A stretch of 64,000 bases of DNA from Octopus sinensis (lineage: Eukaryota): the NCBI RefSeq assembly GCF_006345805.1, contig NC_042998.1, positions 41,106,001-41,170,000 of the forward strand. Direction: 5' to 3'. Both the position numbers and the translations under genes were made by a program. The notes below the pieces were generated by a model, which saw only the letters and a list, made by a program, of their open reading frames with translations, was not told where the DNA came from and did no database searches. Numbering within the stretch: position 1 is the stretch's first letter; each line of letters opens with the position of its first letter. Positions 1 through 11,000 of this stretch are shown in pieces.

Positions 1-492
1 GAGACCTCTGGAGATATGCTGTGACTGAGAAGACCTGGCAAATAAAATGAGTTCACAGCTGTAACTTACACCAGTGTCTCATAACCAGCCCACTCAAAAG
101 TACCTTGGATCGTAGGGCGACATGCCATGCTTGAGGAGACCTATTGAGTCAAGTACATCAATATCAAAATCAAATCATATTACAATCAAATGAAAATTGT
201 AGCTGTGCCCCACCGTGCCAGTGGCATGTAAATAGCACCATCTGAACATGGTCAATGCCAGTGCCGCCTTGACTGGCTTCCGTGTCGGTGGGACGTAAAA
301 AGCACCATCAGATTGTAGTCGATGCCAGTTCCTATGGCCCCTGTGCTGGTAGCACGTAAAAGGCACCCACTACATTCTCAGAGTAGTGCCAGATCAGACT
401 GGGGCCTGGTGCAGCCTCCTGGCTTCCCAGACCCCAGTCAAACTGTCCAACCCATGCCAGCATGGAAAATGGACGTTAAACAATGATGATGA
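1..492 (+). mobile_element. RTE-clade LINE 3' end (end of ORF2, 3'UTR, (GAT)n tail)
   Basis: Begins with the ORF2 end (RDLWRYAVTEKT, same as the copy at ~47430). 3'UTR motifs and the tail 'ccaacccatgccagcatggaaaatggacgttaaacaatgatgatga' match the copy at 47025-48805. Confidence 0.8.
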
Positions 493-1239
493 GTGGTTAT
501 TTTTGTTTATGTGCATATCTTAGCACAACTCATCGAATCTTTATTTATTCTAGTGTGAGTGTGTGTGTGTGTACATATGTATGTTAATAATAATGATAAA
601 GCTTTTTGTTTACATTTTATTTTAGTAAAGTAGAGCCTCCTGTTGCCCTGAACCTTGCATAAGAAATTGGGTTGACAGAAACAGTGAAAGTTCATCTGAT
701 AGACTGCGTCTATAATTCAAAAACTAGCTTTGTCATATACATAAAGTTGTGATGGTACTACCTATAGGTTAGCTGAAAGAAACAGGTGACAATAGAATAC
801 TTGGCCACTTATACTATTATTCAATAAGAAGGCAACTCAGCTTATTAAATAGTAGGCATGCTCCTCTGCAAAACAAACATCGGGTCCAATAACTTTTATT
901 TTATGTATGACTCTGTATGTAGGTTTATTGTTTACAAATAAAATAAGAGTTCTTAGTACATAATAAAATGCTCCTTGACAATCCCTTCCTTAGGTGTCCC
1001 AAGTTGCATACACAGTGTATGCACAACACTATATATCTAAAATGCACCAGTTGGACCTATTCTCATTAGTTAAGGCAGGTCACATGTTCAAATATTTGAG
1101 AGATCTGTAATGACATTATTGCTGGCCAAAGCACTCAGTCCAGGTGTCTGATCATTGCCAGAGAACATACATGATATATGTAGAATTTGTTTATCTTGGA
1201 CTTGAAATGGCAGTGTTTGGAAACTATCCAAAAGAAAAC

Positions 1240-1372
1240 TTCTCCAATATCATAAAAAAGTGTTGAGTACATAATGTGTACAGTGTTTGTGGAAGAGGAA
1301 AACCTAGAAAGATATGAGATGAAATAGTGAAAACTGATATCAAGATGATGAATCTTACAAAAGTGAATAAGG
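1240..1372 (+). mobile_element. degenerate RTE LINE ORF2 C-terminal fragment
   Basis: Translates as CGRGKPRKI*DEIVKTDIKMMNLTK, the decayed form of CGRGRPRKTWDEVVKHDLRTLGLTK in the intact copy at 47340-47420. Confidence 0.55.
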
Positions 1373-1743
1373 GACCATTACAATTGATGATATGCTGTAC
1401 TGGAGAAAACTCACTCATTAGCCATGATGTTCTCTCTGCTCCCATCTGTCTCTCTTTCTGTCACTGTTCTCTTGCAGCTTTCCCATTTGGAATGCTTTCA
1501 TTGCATTCATCTACTTTTTTCCTACCTCCTGCCTCTCTTTCTCTCACTATACTGTCCCCATTGCTTCTGCACCACAACATATTCTGTGGATGGAACTCTG
1601 ATGGTCTCAAAGAATAAACAGATAAATGGATTTAAGAACGTTCTTGTTCCAGACTGAACATAAAGAAACTTTATAATATAAAAATGAAACTCAGATGTAA
1701 TCTTGTCTTTAATATAATGTCTGAAAGAAGAGTTGTTCCCTAT

Positions 1744-1886
<143 letters not shown>

Positions 1887-2239
1887 TCTATCTATCAAGG
1901 TTGGTCGTGTATGTGCAGGTCTTGGTAACATTTATTTTATGAAAAACTAACAATTGCCTATGCATGTAAGTTTCCTCTTTCTATGCCACTGATGTTGTAC
2001 TAGGAAAAGGCAAGACAATGCTTACCTTCAGTGACAATTCAGGTATCATTGTCAGGGCACAAAGATGGAAGTGACACTGCATAGTATCAGGTCTGATGCT
2101 CTTAGAGTTCTGCCAATCAACTGCACTAGATTGTTAATTTTATTTTACTTTTCTCAACCCTGATGGGATGAAAAGCAAAGATGATTTTGATAGTATTTGA
2201 ACTTAGAACCCTGAGACTTGGAACAAATACTGCAAGGCA

Positions 2240-2460
2240 TCAGTCATCATTGTTTAATGTCCATTTTCCATGCTTCCATAGATGAGATGGAATTTTGTTG
2301 AGGTAGATTTTCTATGCTGTTGCCAACACTCACCTTTTCCAGACAAGGTTATATTTCCTCATGGCTAGACGTATTTTTCATGAGAGACTAGTAATGAACA
2401 ACATTGCTTGTATGATGGTGATACTCATTCATAACCATAATGTGATGTCAAGACAAGAGC
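2240..2460 (-). mobile_element. degenerate SINE/LINE 3' part with RTE-type tail
   Basis: 'catcattgtttaatgtccattttccatgc' is the reverse complement of the RTE tail. The body resembles the + strand segment at 5400-5590. Confidence 0.5.
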
Positions 2461-2524
2461 TCACACACACACACACACACATTTATATACATGTCTTTAT
2501 ATATGCTGCATATATACCTGTATG

Positions 2525-2555
<31 letters not shown>

Positions 2556-3089
2556 CTATATATATACTTTTGTATGTGTCTATATGTATATATCTCCCTA
2601 TATATCTTTGTATCTATGTGTTTTTATATGTGTCTTTTGTTATACGTCTTCTATCTTCCCCATACATCACCCATTCTTAACTCCCTGCCCTTATTCTTTC
2701 TTTATTCACCTTCTTGTACCTGAAGGTATGCCCTGATACCTCATCTTCACTATCCTTTCTCCTTTTCCTACTATCTTCTCTACAGCAAGTCACATGTTCA
2801 TGTCTCTCTCTCCTACATTAACCTCCCCACACCTGGCACAAAGCCACATCTGTCAATATTGTATCCCCACCTCACTATGGGATCACCAAATAACTCACAC
2901 GATCTTGTCTTGCAAGTTATTTGGCAACCCCACTAATACTGGTATCATTAAAAAAAAGCAGTACACTTTGCAAGGTGGTTGGCATTGAAACTTTAAGCAG
3001 GTAATGGAGATCAACTCAGCCCTTAGGGTAGTCAAATTCAACCAAACCATCCAGCCCGTGCCAGCATGGATCATGGGTATTAAATGTTT

Positions 3090-3136
<47 letters not shown>

Positions 3137-3617
3137 AATCCAAAAGTTACTCCAGAAGGTAAAATACCTTACCAAAAGGTATGGACATTGTAGATGAGTT
3201 CTATGCTCCACTCCTATCTCCAATGTGGTGAAACAATCTTCATAAGTTAACTAAGGTAGCTTGCTGAGTCCATATGCCTTATATAAAAAAGAAACACAGA
3301 AAATGTTATCAGTATTTATGCTTTATATTATGTACACATGTTTCAGAAGACCAACAAAACATTAACTATGTGAACTTCCTCAGCAATACCAAGGAGGAGA
3401 GCTTGCAGCATTTGTTGCATAAATGGACATTAAATCTCACATAAGTGACGTTTTGCCAGTTCATTAAAATCTCTCTCTCTCTCACTCAATATTTTTGTGT
3501 GGATCACAACAATGTCTTGAAGACCCCTGTTTACGATATAAATTGATCATTTTATTTAATTATATGTAAATCACCTGTCATTGTCATTGCTTATTGCACT
3601 AAGAATGCTAATATTTA

Positions 3618-3995
3618 TGGATAAGAAAGTTACTTTGTCACCACATGGTTCTGGGTTCAGTCCCACTGTATAACACCTTGGGCAAGTGTTTCTATAGCCT
3701 TGGGTTCACCAAATCCATGTAAGTGGATTTGGTAGATGGAAACTGAAAGAGACTGGTTGTGTGTATGTTTGTATTTGTGTCCCTACCAACACTTGACAAC
3801 TGTTATTGGATTGTTTACATCCCTGTAACTTGGCAGTTCATCAAAAGAAACTGAAAGAATAAACACCAGGCTTTAAAATTTAAGTACTGAAAGATATTTA
3901 TTCACCTAAAACATTAAAAAAAAATTTTATCATTTGAAGGTGGTTCTCAAGCATGGCCACAGTCCTATGACTGAAACAATTTGAGATAAAAGACA
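3618..3995 (+). mobile_element. old tRNA-derived SINE copy
   Basis: Contains the B-box-like 'gggttcagtccc', the 'ttgggcaagtg' core, 'gtggatttggtagatggaaactgaaag' and the 3' 'catggccacagtc..tgactgaaaca' shared with younger copies at 4501 and 4910. Confidence 0.75.
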
Positions 3996-4321
3996 AAGGT
4001 TAAATGGAACTTTTTGTTTGCATACATCCTGTCTACTTCATAACTGGAACTAGTTAATGTTGATAGGGTAACATATCTTTGAAATAAAAAATTACTATGA
4101 ATATATCACCAAAACTAATTATTATATGCTAAAATTGTCTGTCAGAAGTTACAAACTCTAACATTAAAGTATATTTCAGTCAGTTTATATAATATGTTGC
4201 TATGATAAATATATGAACTATGTTTGTAATGGAGAGTATATTCAGTAGTTAATTCTTGATTAGCTTTTTGTGAGCATCTTTTTCATTATTTTTCACCATG
4301 ATATACATTATATATAGCTCC

Positions 4322-4481
4322 AGGCATGCCTGTGTGGTTAAATAGATTGCTTCCCAACTATGAGGTCTTGTGTTCAGCATCACTGCATGGCACTGTTGGC
4401 AAAGTGTCTTCTACTGTAACTATAGGCTAACCAAAGCTATGTGAGTAGGCTTGTTAGATGGCATCTGAAAGAAGCCCATTG
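4322..4481 (+). mobile_element. SINE 5' half (host of nested insertions)
   Basis: Degenerate tRNA-like head and core ending in 'gaaagaagcccattgta' followed by (TA)n. Confidence 0.65.
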
Positions 4482-4500
4482 TATATTTATTATATATATA

Positions 4501-4894
4501 GGCGCAGGAGTTGCTGTGTGGTAAGTAGCTTGTTTACCAACCACATGGTTCCGGGTTCAGTCCCACTGTGTGGAACTTTGGGCAAGTGTCTTCTACTATA
4601 GCCTCGGTCCGACCAAAGCCTTGTGAGTGGATTTGGTAGACGGAAACTGAAAGAAGCCCGTTGTATATATGTATGTGTATATATATGTGTGTGTGTGTGT
4701 GCGCGTGCGTTTGTCCCCCTAGCATTGGTGTGTTTATGTCCTCATCACTTAGTGGTTTGGCAAAAGAGACCGATAGAATAAGTACTGGGCTTACAAAGAA
4801 TAAGTCCCGGGGTCGAGTTGCTCGATTAAAGGCGGTGCTCCAGCATGGCCACAGTCAAATGACTGAAACAAGTAAAAGGTAAAAGAGATAAAAG
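4501..4894 (+). mobile_element. full-length young tRNA-derived SINE
   Basis: A-box 'gttgctgtgtggt', B-box 'gggttcagtccc', internal (TA)(TG) microsatellite, 3' domain 'gatagaataagtactggg...gtcga' and an A/G-rich tail. Confidence 0.85.
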
Positions 4895-4909
4895 ATATAT
4901 ATATATATA

Positions 4910-5355
4910 GGCGCAGGAGTGGCTGTGTGGTAAGTAGCTTGCTAACCAACCACATGGTTCCGGGTTCAGTCCCACTGCGTGGCATCTTGGGCAAGTGTCT
5001 TCTGCTATAGCCCCAGGCCGACCAATGCCTTGTGAGTGGATTTGGTAGACGGAAACTGAAAGAAGCCTGTCGTATATATGTATATATATATATATATAAG
5101 TGTGTGTGTATATGTTTGTGTGTCTGTGTATATGTTTGTGTGTCTGTGTTTGTCCCCCTAGCATTGCTTGACAACCGATGCTGGTGTGTTTACGTCCCCG
5201 TCACTTAGCGGTTCGGCAAAAGACACCGATAGAATAAGTACTGGCCTTACAAAGAATAAGTCCCGGGGTCGATTTGCTCCTCGACTAAAGGCGGTGCTCC
5301 AGCATGGCCGCAGTCAAATGACTGAAACAAGTAAAAGAAAGAAAAGAAAGAAAGA
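4910..5355 (+). mobile_element. full-length young tRNA-derived SINE
   Basis: Closely similar to 4501-4894 and starts directly after (TA)n. Confidence 0.85.
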
Positions 5356-5590
5356 ATATGTATGTGTGTTTGTGTATTTGCTTACCTTGATATCACCTGG
5401 GGGTTGTAAACAGGTGTGCTGTTCATTTTCAGTCGTTGAAAAATGTCTGGCCATGGGAAATACTACCTTGCTGGGAAACAGATGAGAGTTGCTAACAGGA
5501 AAAGCATCTCACTGTAGAAAATCATCTGCCTCAACAAATCTCTCTGATTCATGCAAATATGGGAAAGTGGATGTTAAATGTTGACGATAT
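5356..5590 (+). mobile_element. SINE 3' half with degenerate RTE-like tail
   Basis: (TG)-rich start, 'gtctggccatgggaaatactaccttg', then 'aacaggaaaagcatc..gtagaaaa' and 'gtggatgttaaatgttgacgat', which resemble the RTE tail. Confidence 0.55.
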
Positions 5591-6508
5591 ATATTATTAC
5601 ACGTTGCTATTTTAATTATCAAAAGATATCACACGATCAGGCTGTCAAGGATTAAGCCCTGCCAGATTAAATTCGTACTTGAATATTTGGTTTGAAATGT
5701 TTGTATTGCAATAGATTTTACTGAAGGCCCCATGAATCAGATATAGATAGGGATAATGTTGAGGAAATTTCATGTGCATTTTTTTTATCTCGTTGTTATA
5801 ATTTAAATGATTTTTATATTAAAACAAACAAATCAGGCTCCTGTAAACGGTTTGATATTTAGCTTGTGCTACCAACAGCTTAACGTTGGGCCAATGACAG
5901 AGACTCTAACCCAAGCTTACCATCTTTAAGAAGGATATAATGTCCAAAATGCACAATCTCAGGGATGTGGAGAGACAGGCTGTTCACGAATGTTACACTT
6001 CTAAGTATGAGTCTGTTCAGCTGAGGCTGACTTGGGGCTAGATGCCATTTTATTTTCAAATCCATGTATTAAATTTTCATTTAAACTTGCATTGCACTTG
6101 TTAACGGAATATTCTTTAGCTAGTTTTAATGTTTCAGTTACCATTAATTTCCAGTTGGGCATTTATCAGCTCTTAACAGTTTCTCTCTTTTTGTTACATA
6201 CTGTATTTTATTTGTATCAAATGGTCAAACAAATCTGGGAAAAACTTGTTGATGTTATTTAAATGTATAACAAAGAGAAAGATAGAGAGGGAACATTGCA
6301 GTCATAAGATGTTTATTGAAATACTGGCTTTGTAAAGTGGTATAAGAAAGAGGCTAAGCCATGCATACATCATTTAAGCAATCTAGGTGAGTGTTCAGAA
6401 AGCAAGCTGATAATTTTTTTTCCCCCTTTAGCATTACCATTATGAAATCAGGCTAATAGTATTGTCAAAACTGAATTTAATATTCACTGGTTTCTGTATC
6501 CTGACATA

Positions 6509-8066
6509 CCGTAAAAACCCATGTAATTTGCACACCTGTGTAATTTATGCAGGTGATTTTCAGGATAAAAATTGTTAAAAAAAAGCTTCTACTCATGTAA
6601 AATTCACACCCAAAAGTATTCAGAATTGCCGATATGGCCAGGGAGAAAAGGTTTTCAGTTTAGTTGTATTTAGCATAATTTCACTTACTTATGATTAGAT
6701 TTTATTAAATTTTCATTAAATAAAAATAATTTCTGTTCAACAGGTATCACATTGAAAGCTATTAAATTACGAAGTGTTTGTGTTGTTTATAATAAACTTT
6801 ATTTTACATCTTGCTCACGAGATTATGTCCGATCTTTAGCAAACTTCTGTATGTCTTCTCAAAATCATGATCACAGGAAAAGTCGATAATTCTTATCAAC
6901 AAAAACAAAGCTGATAAATACACACAAGTGTTGCAAAATAAGTTTAATTACCATTAAACATCAGCTTGGATAACACTTTATTCAATCGACAGAGGAAGGT
7001 GACCAATCAAACTGATTACATAAACAGAATTCTGATTGATCGAAAGTATCTTCTTGTCTCAAACTCTGATTTTCTGCCTATTCTTGTCGGAACCTTTGAT
7101 ATGGAGTATCGAAATTTTAACCCCTTTCACTCTTATAAAATGTCAAGCAAACTTGACATTACTGTTTTAGCTGGGAGACCAAACTGAAAGTTTGATAACC
7201 CGCTAAAATAAACATTAAAAATCAAAAGGAGAAAATAAGCAGCTTTGCAAGTTTAACTCAGTGTTTATTGAACAAGAGAGGTGTGGAATTTAAGAAGTGA
7301 CTTGTTAGAATATACACGTGTGTGAGGAGACATAAACAAAAATAGCAAAAATCTACTATACCAAAAGAACTGGTAATACATACATTACAAGTGAAGAGAA
7401 CCTAAGATTGCTGCATAATTCAACATGAATCTGAAACGACATTAACATCATATAAGGTAAATGAAGGTTTCTGTAGGAACGCTAAGTCATATTCACTTAG
7501 TGAATTTACATGCGCAAGGATGAATTATGATGTTGTCATCAGCATTAGATGCAGTAAGAGCTGGTAGCAACAATGTTGGTGGTGATGAATTTCATTGTTG
7601 TAACACAGAGAAAGTGAGCAATAGCTTCCTGGAGGCAAAGACAAGCCAGACTTCTTAAGCAGAGAAAAACTGATCTATTTAAGGAAATTGCTGGTCTCCA
7701 TTGTGATAGGTAGAAACTCCAAGCAATGTTAAATATAGCCCGGACTGTGATTGCCAACGTGAATGTCAAACTTCAAAAAGTAATTAACCATTTAATGGTT
7801 TTAGTAGATTTATACAGAAAAAATAAGATTTATACCATCCAGCATAAATAAAAGACAACTTCATGATATTTTTTCTGTGGAAACTTATTCTGACATTAAA
7901 TGAGTCAACTTCCCGTATGAATGTTTACATTTGTATGTCATTTTTCAACAAAAAAAATTTCTAAAAAAAATTCTGGAAATGGTCTACTCATGTAATTTAC
8001 ACACCCTTTCAAATTTATTTTTGTTTTTGTGAAAAAAAAATGCATAAATTACATAGGTTTTTATGG
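6509..8066. mobile_element. non-autonomous pogo/Tc2-like DNA transposon
   Basis: TA on both flanks (6507-6508, 8067-8068). Left end is ccgtaaaaacccatgtaattt and the right end reverse complement is ccataaaaacctatgtaattt. CCGTA-type ends are typical of Tc2/pogo-group elements. I recognise no transposase ORF inside. Confidence 0.75.
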
Positions 8067-11000
8067 TATTTGTATTTGGAGGACCTTTTGCTAAACAAGG
8101 GGAAACCTGGAAAACATTTGCCATGAATCCCAGTATGAGATTTCATTACTTAAAGAAATTTTTCCTTGAAATTAGTTAAATAAAAGCTAGATAAATTGTC
8201 AGTACAGAAAACATCTCATAATGTGACTGAAAATAAAAGGAAGGAAAAAAAAATCAACTTGTCTGTTTTGCATGCTGGCATTGATGAGCTGGTTTGACAG
8301 GATCCAGTGAATCCAAGGACTACATCATGCTCCAGTGTCTGCTTTGGCATGGTTATATGCATGGTAACTAAGAATATAGGTTATTACTTCAGTAAATAGC
8401 TGATAACATAAATGGTAATTTACTTGACTGTTAATTAATGCTTTAATGTGGGTTCATTTTAGATATGATCCTTTATACTTTTTTACCACTACCAGTAAAA
8501 AAGTCTTAATTCTTTTATTGATTTGTAAATAATAAGTCTTTCATTACTATTGAAGCATATGAGAAAAAACAAATAACAGCGTTACTTCTTTCTCAAACTT
8601 GAACTGCTGTACTCTTATATATGAGAAACTATTTGAATTGATTTACATGTGGTAACTGAGTAGTTAAAGGGCTGAATTATGTACATAGAAACCCTTTAAC
8701 TTACCATGTGTTTTTGCTTTTAGACTAAATGCATTTCTCTATTTGCTTGGTCTCCTATTTGAATGAAAAGTGAACTATATGAGGCTTATAGTTGTATGTT
8801 GCAAGCTACATTCAAAGAATAAGACTATTGAGTAAGAATGCATTAAAACAGGAATAACTAAAAGGAAATTGTGAGATTTAGGAGAGAATATCTTATAATT
8901 CCTTGCTTAATGCTAAAGGAAACTGGGTATTTCACTTTCGCAGTTTGGTTAACCTAATTTATATATTTGCTATTTTATATATACATTTTTTTATTGTGTG
9001 TGAGTAAACTTACAACCTCACTAAATAGCTGGTACCCTTTATTTTCCATTTTTGTAAGCATTCTTGTCTATACACTTTGCTATACAATATAGGACTTGCT
9101 TCAATGATAACATCTTGCTACTTAGTGTTTCACTTTTTAAAACAGTTGTAAACCTCACATGGGAAGGTTGGAGTTCAACTCTTCCATGATTGCAGCTTAA
9201 TAAAATATAAAAAAAGAAAATATTCATACTAATTTATATTAAAACACTCTCTCTCTCTGCAGGTAAAACTCAAAACAAATTCATCAAGCTTTTTTTAAAG
9301 AGCTTGGAATAAATCTTTTTAATCATTAAAAAGTCTCTTCATTATATTTTTCAAATTCTAAAGAATCACCAATGTATAGTACAACGAATTCCATCAGTGT
9401 GTTTGGTTTTATTATCAATACGGCAAAATATATTTTACTTCTAAGGAAAAATTTTAAAAATATATTTTCTAGTATCTTATTTAATAAACAAATTCCTTTC
9501 AGCTGTTGAGTCAGTGTTGACTATTTAAATCTTTTCTCCTTTTTGTCAAACTTTTAAAACTATATTAAACTATGTAGACTGAATTGGTTAACAGTCACAT
9601 GTTTGGGTGGGAGTTTGAACTTTAGAAAGCGAAAATTTGTATTTAGAAAGATTTTGATACTAATTATGGAACAGAAAATTTATTTCAACAAATATTATTC
9701 TGCATGCATATTCACACAGGCACATACACACATACACAAACAGGTGCGTGCATACATGCATGCACCTCTGCTGAAAACTTTGGTTGTATTCATGATTGAT
9801 TGTGTTCACATCTATTGATCCATCTGACTGCTGGAGTTACTCGATATTGGCTATTTCCTGGCTGCTTACTGCTACAACAATCGCCATCACACTGTCGAAC
9901 TGCAGTTTGATGGCACCTTCACTTTACTATGCATGATACTGCAATACTTTGCTTATTCTAATCCTTAAGCAAAGTATATATTAATATATATAAAATACAC
10001 ACACTAAAAAATAATTTTACATTTATAGTTTTTTTTCTTTTCGTTGTGTATTTCTCGTCTTCCATTCCTTTCTCTCTCTTGTATTTCTTTCTTTCCTCCT
10101 CTCTCACACTCTCTTTCTCTCGTTTATTTTATGCTGCTTTTAAGTGTATTTATTTATTGTTCAGAGATGTAAGCAAAAGAGGTTGTTGCAGCTATCAGCT
10201 ATAGTAAAGAATTAGTGACTTCAATTCATTGGTTGTCACTTGACTCGTGCCAAATTATGTACAATAAATTCTGTTTAAAGAATCACATGGAATATATCTT
10301 GACTACAATTCAGCTAACTTTCTTTACCAGTCACATTATAAGTATTGCTTATGAATGGAATTGGAATGGAATGAAATTTGTTTGTTCATTTTACCTGGAT
10401 TGTTTACTGGTCATGTAACTTTTTAAACTGGACAGATATTAGTAAGTAATAATATTGAGATGATTTTGAAAGTTTAAATGTTCTAAATGAATCATACATG
10501 TATAAGACAAAGAAATTAGTTAAACTTTTTGTAACTTGAAAAAAAAAAAATTCTTGTTACAATTTTTTTGTAATGTTGTTATGCTTGCAGCAAAAAATAC
10601 AATAATCATTTGTTTTTTAATTGATGTTTATAATTTGAATCATATAATTTGAATTTTTTTCTGAAGAATTAACCTTTTTCAAGGATATTTTTAATTAAGT
10701 TTTGAATACCTATTTCAACCAAAGTTGGGATACAAATTAAAATTATGTGTTCTATTTCCTTCAATAATATGTCAATTAGTTATTTCTCTTTTTCATAAAA
10801 TTCTAATTTCCATATCTCCTTGTCAAAAGTTAAACTATAACTAATTGGTTTTACAGAAAGTGAAATCTGAAATGTAGGATCAGTTACATAGCTAGTTTAA
10901 AATTCTGTTTACAAGTATGTGTTAACTTTTGAACTATCTCAAACTAATATGATCTGATTCTGTCCTTTTGCTGTCAGATTTTACTCTTTGAAACTTGTTA

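Noticed and set aside
4501-4580. tRNA gene at SINE heads
   Set aside because: A and B boxes are present but there is no full cloverleaf, and the sequence continues into the SINE core and tail in several copies.
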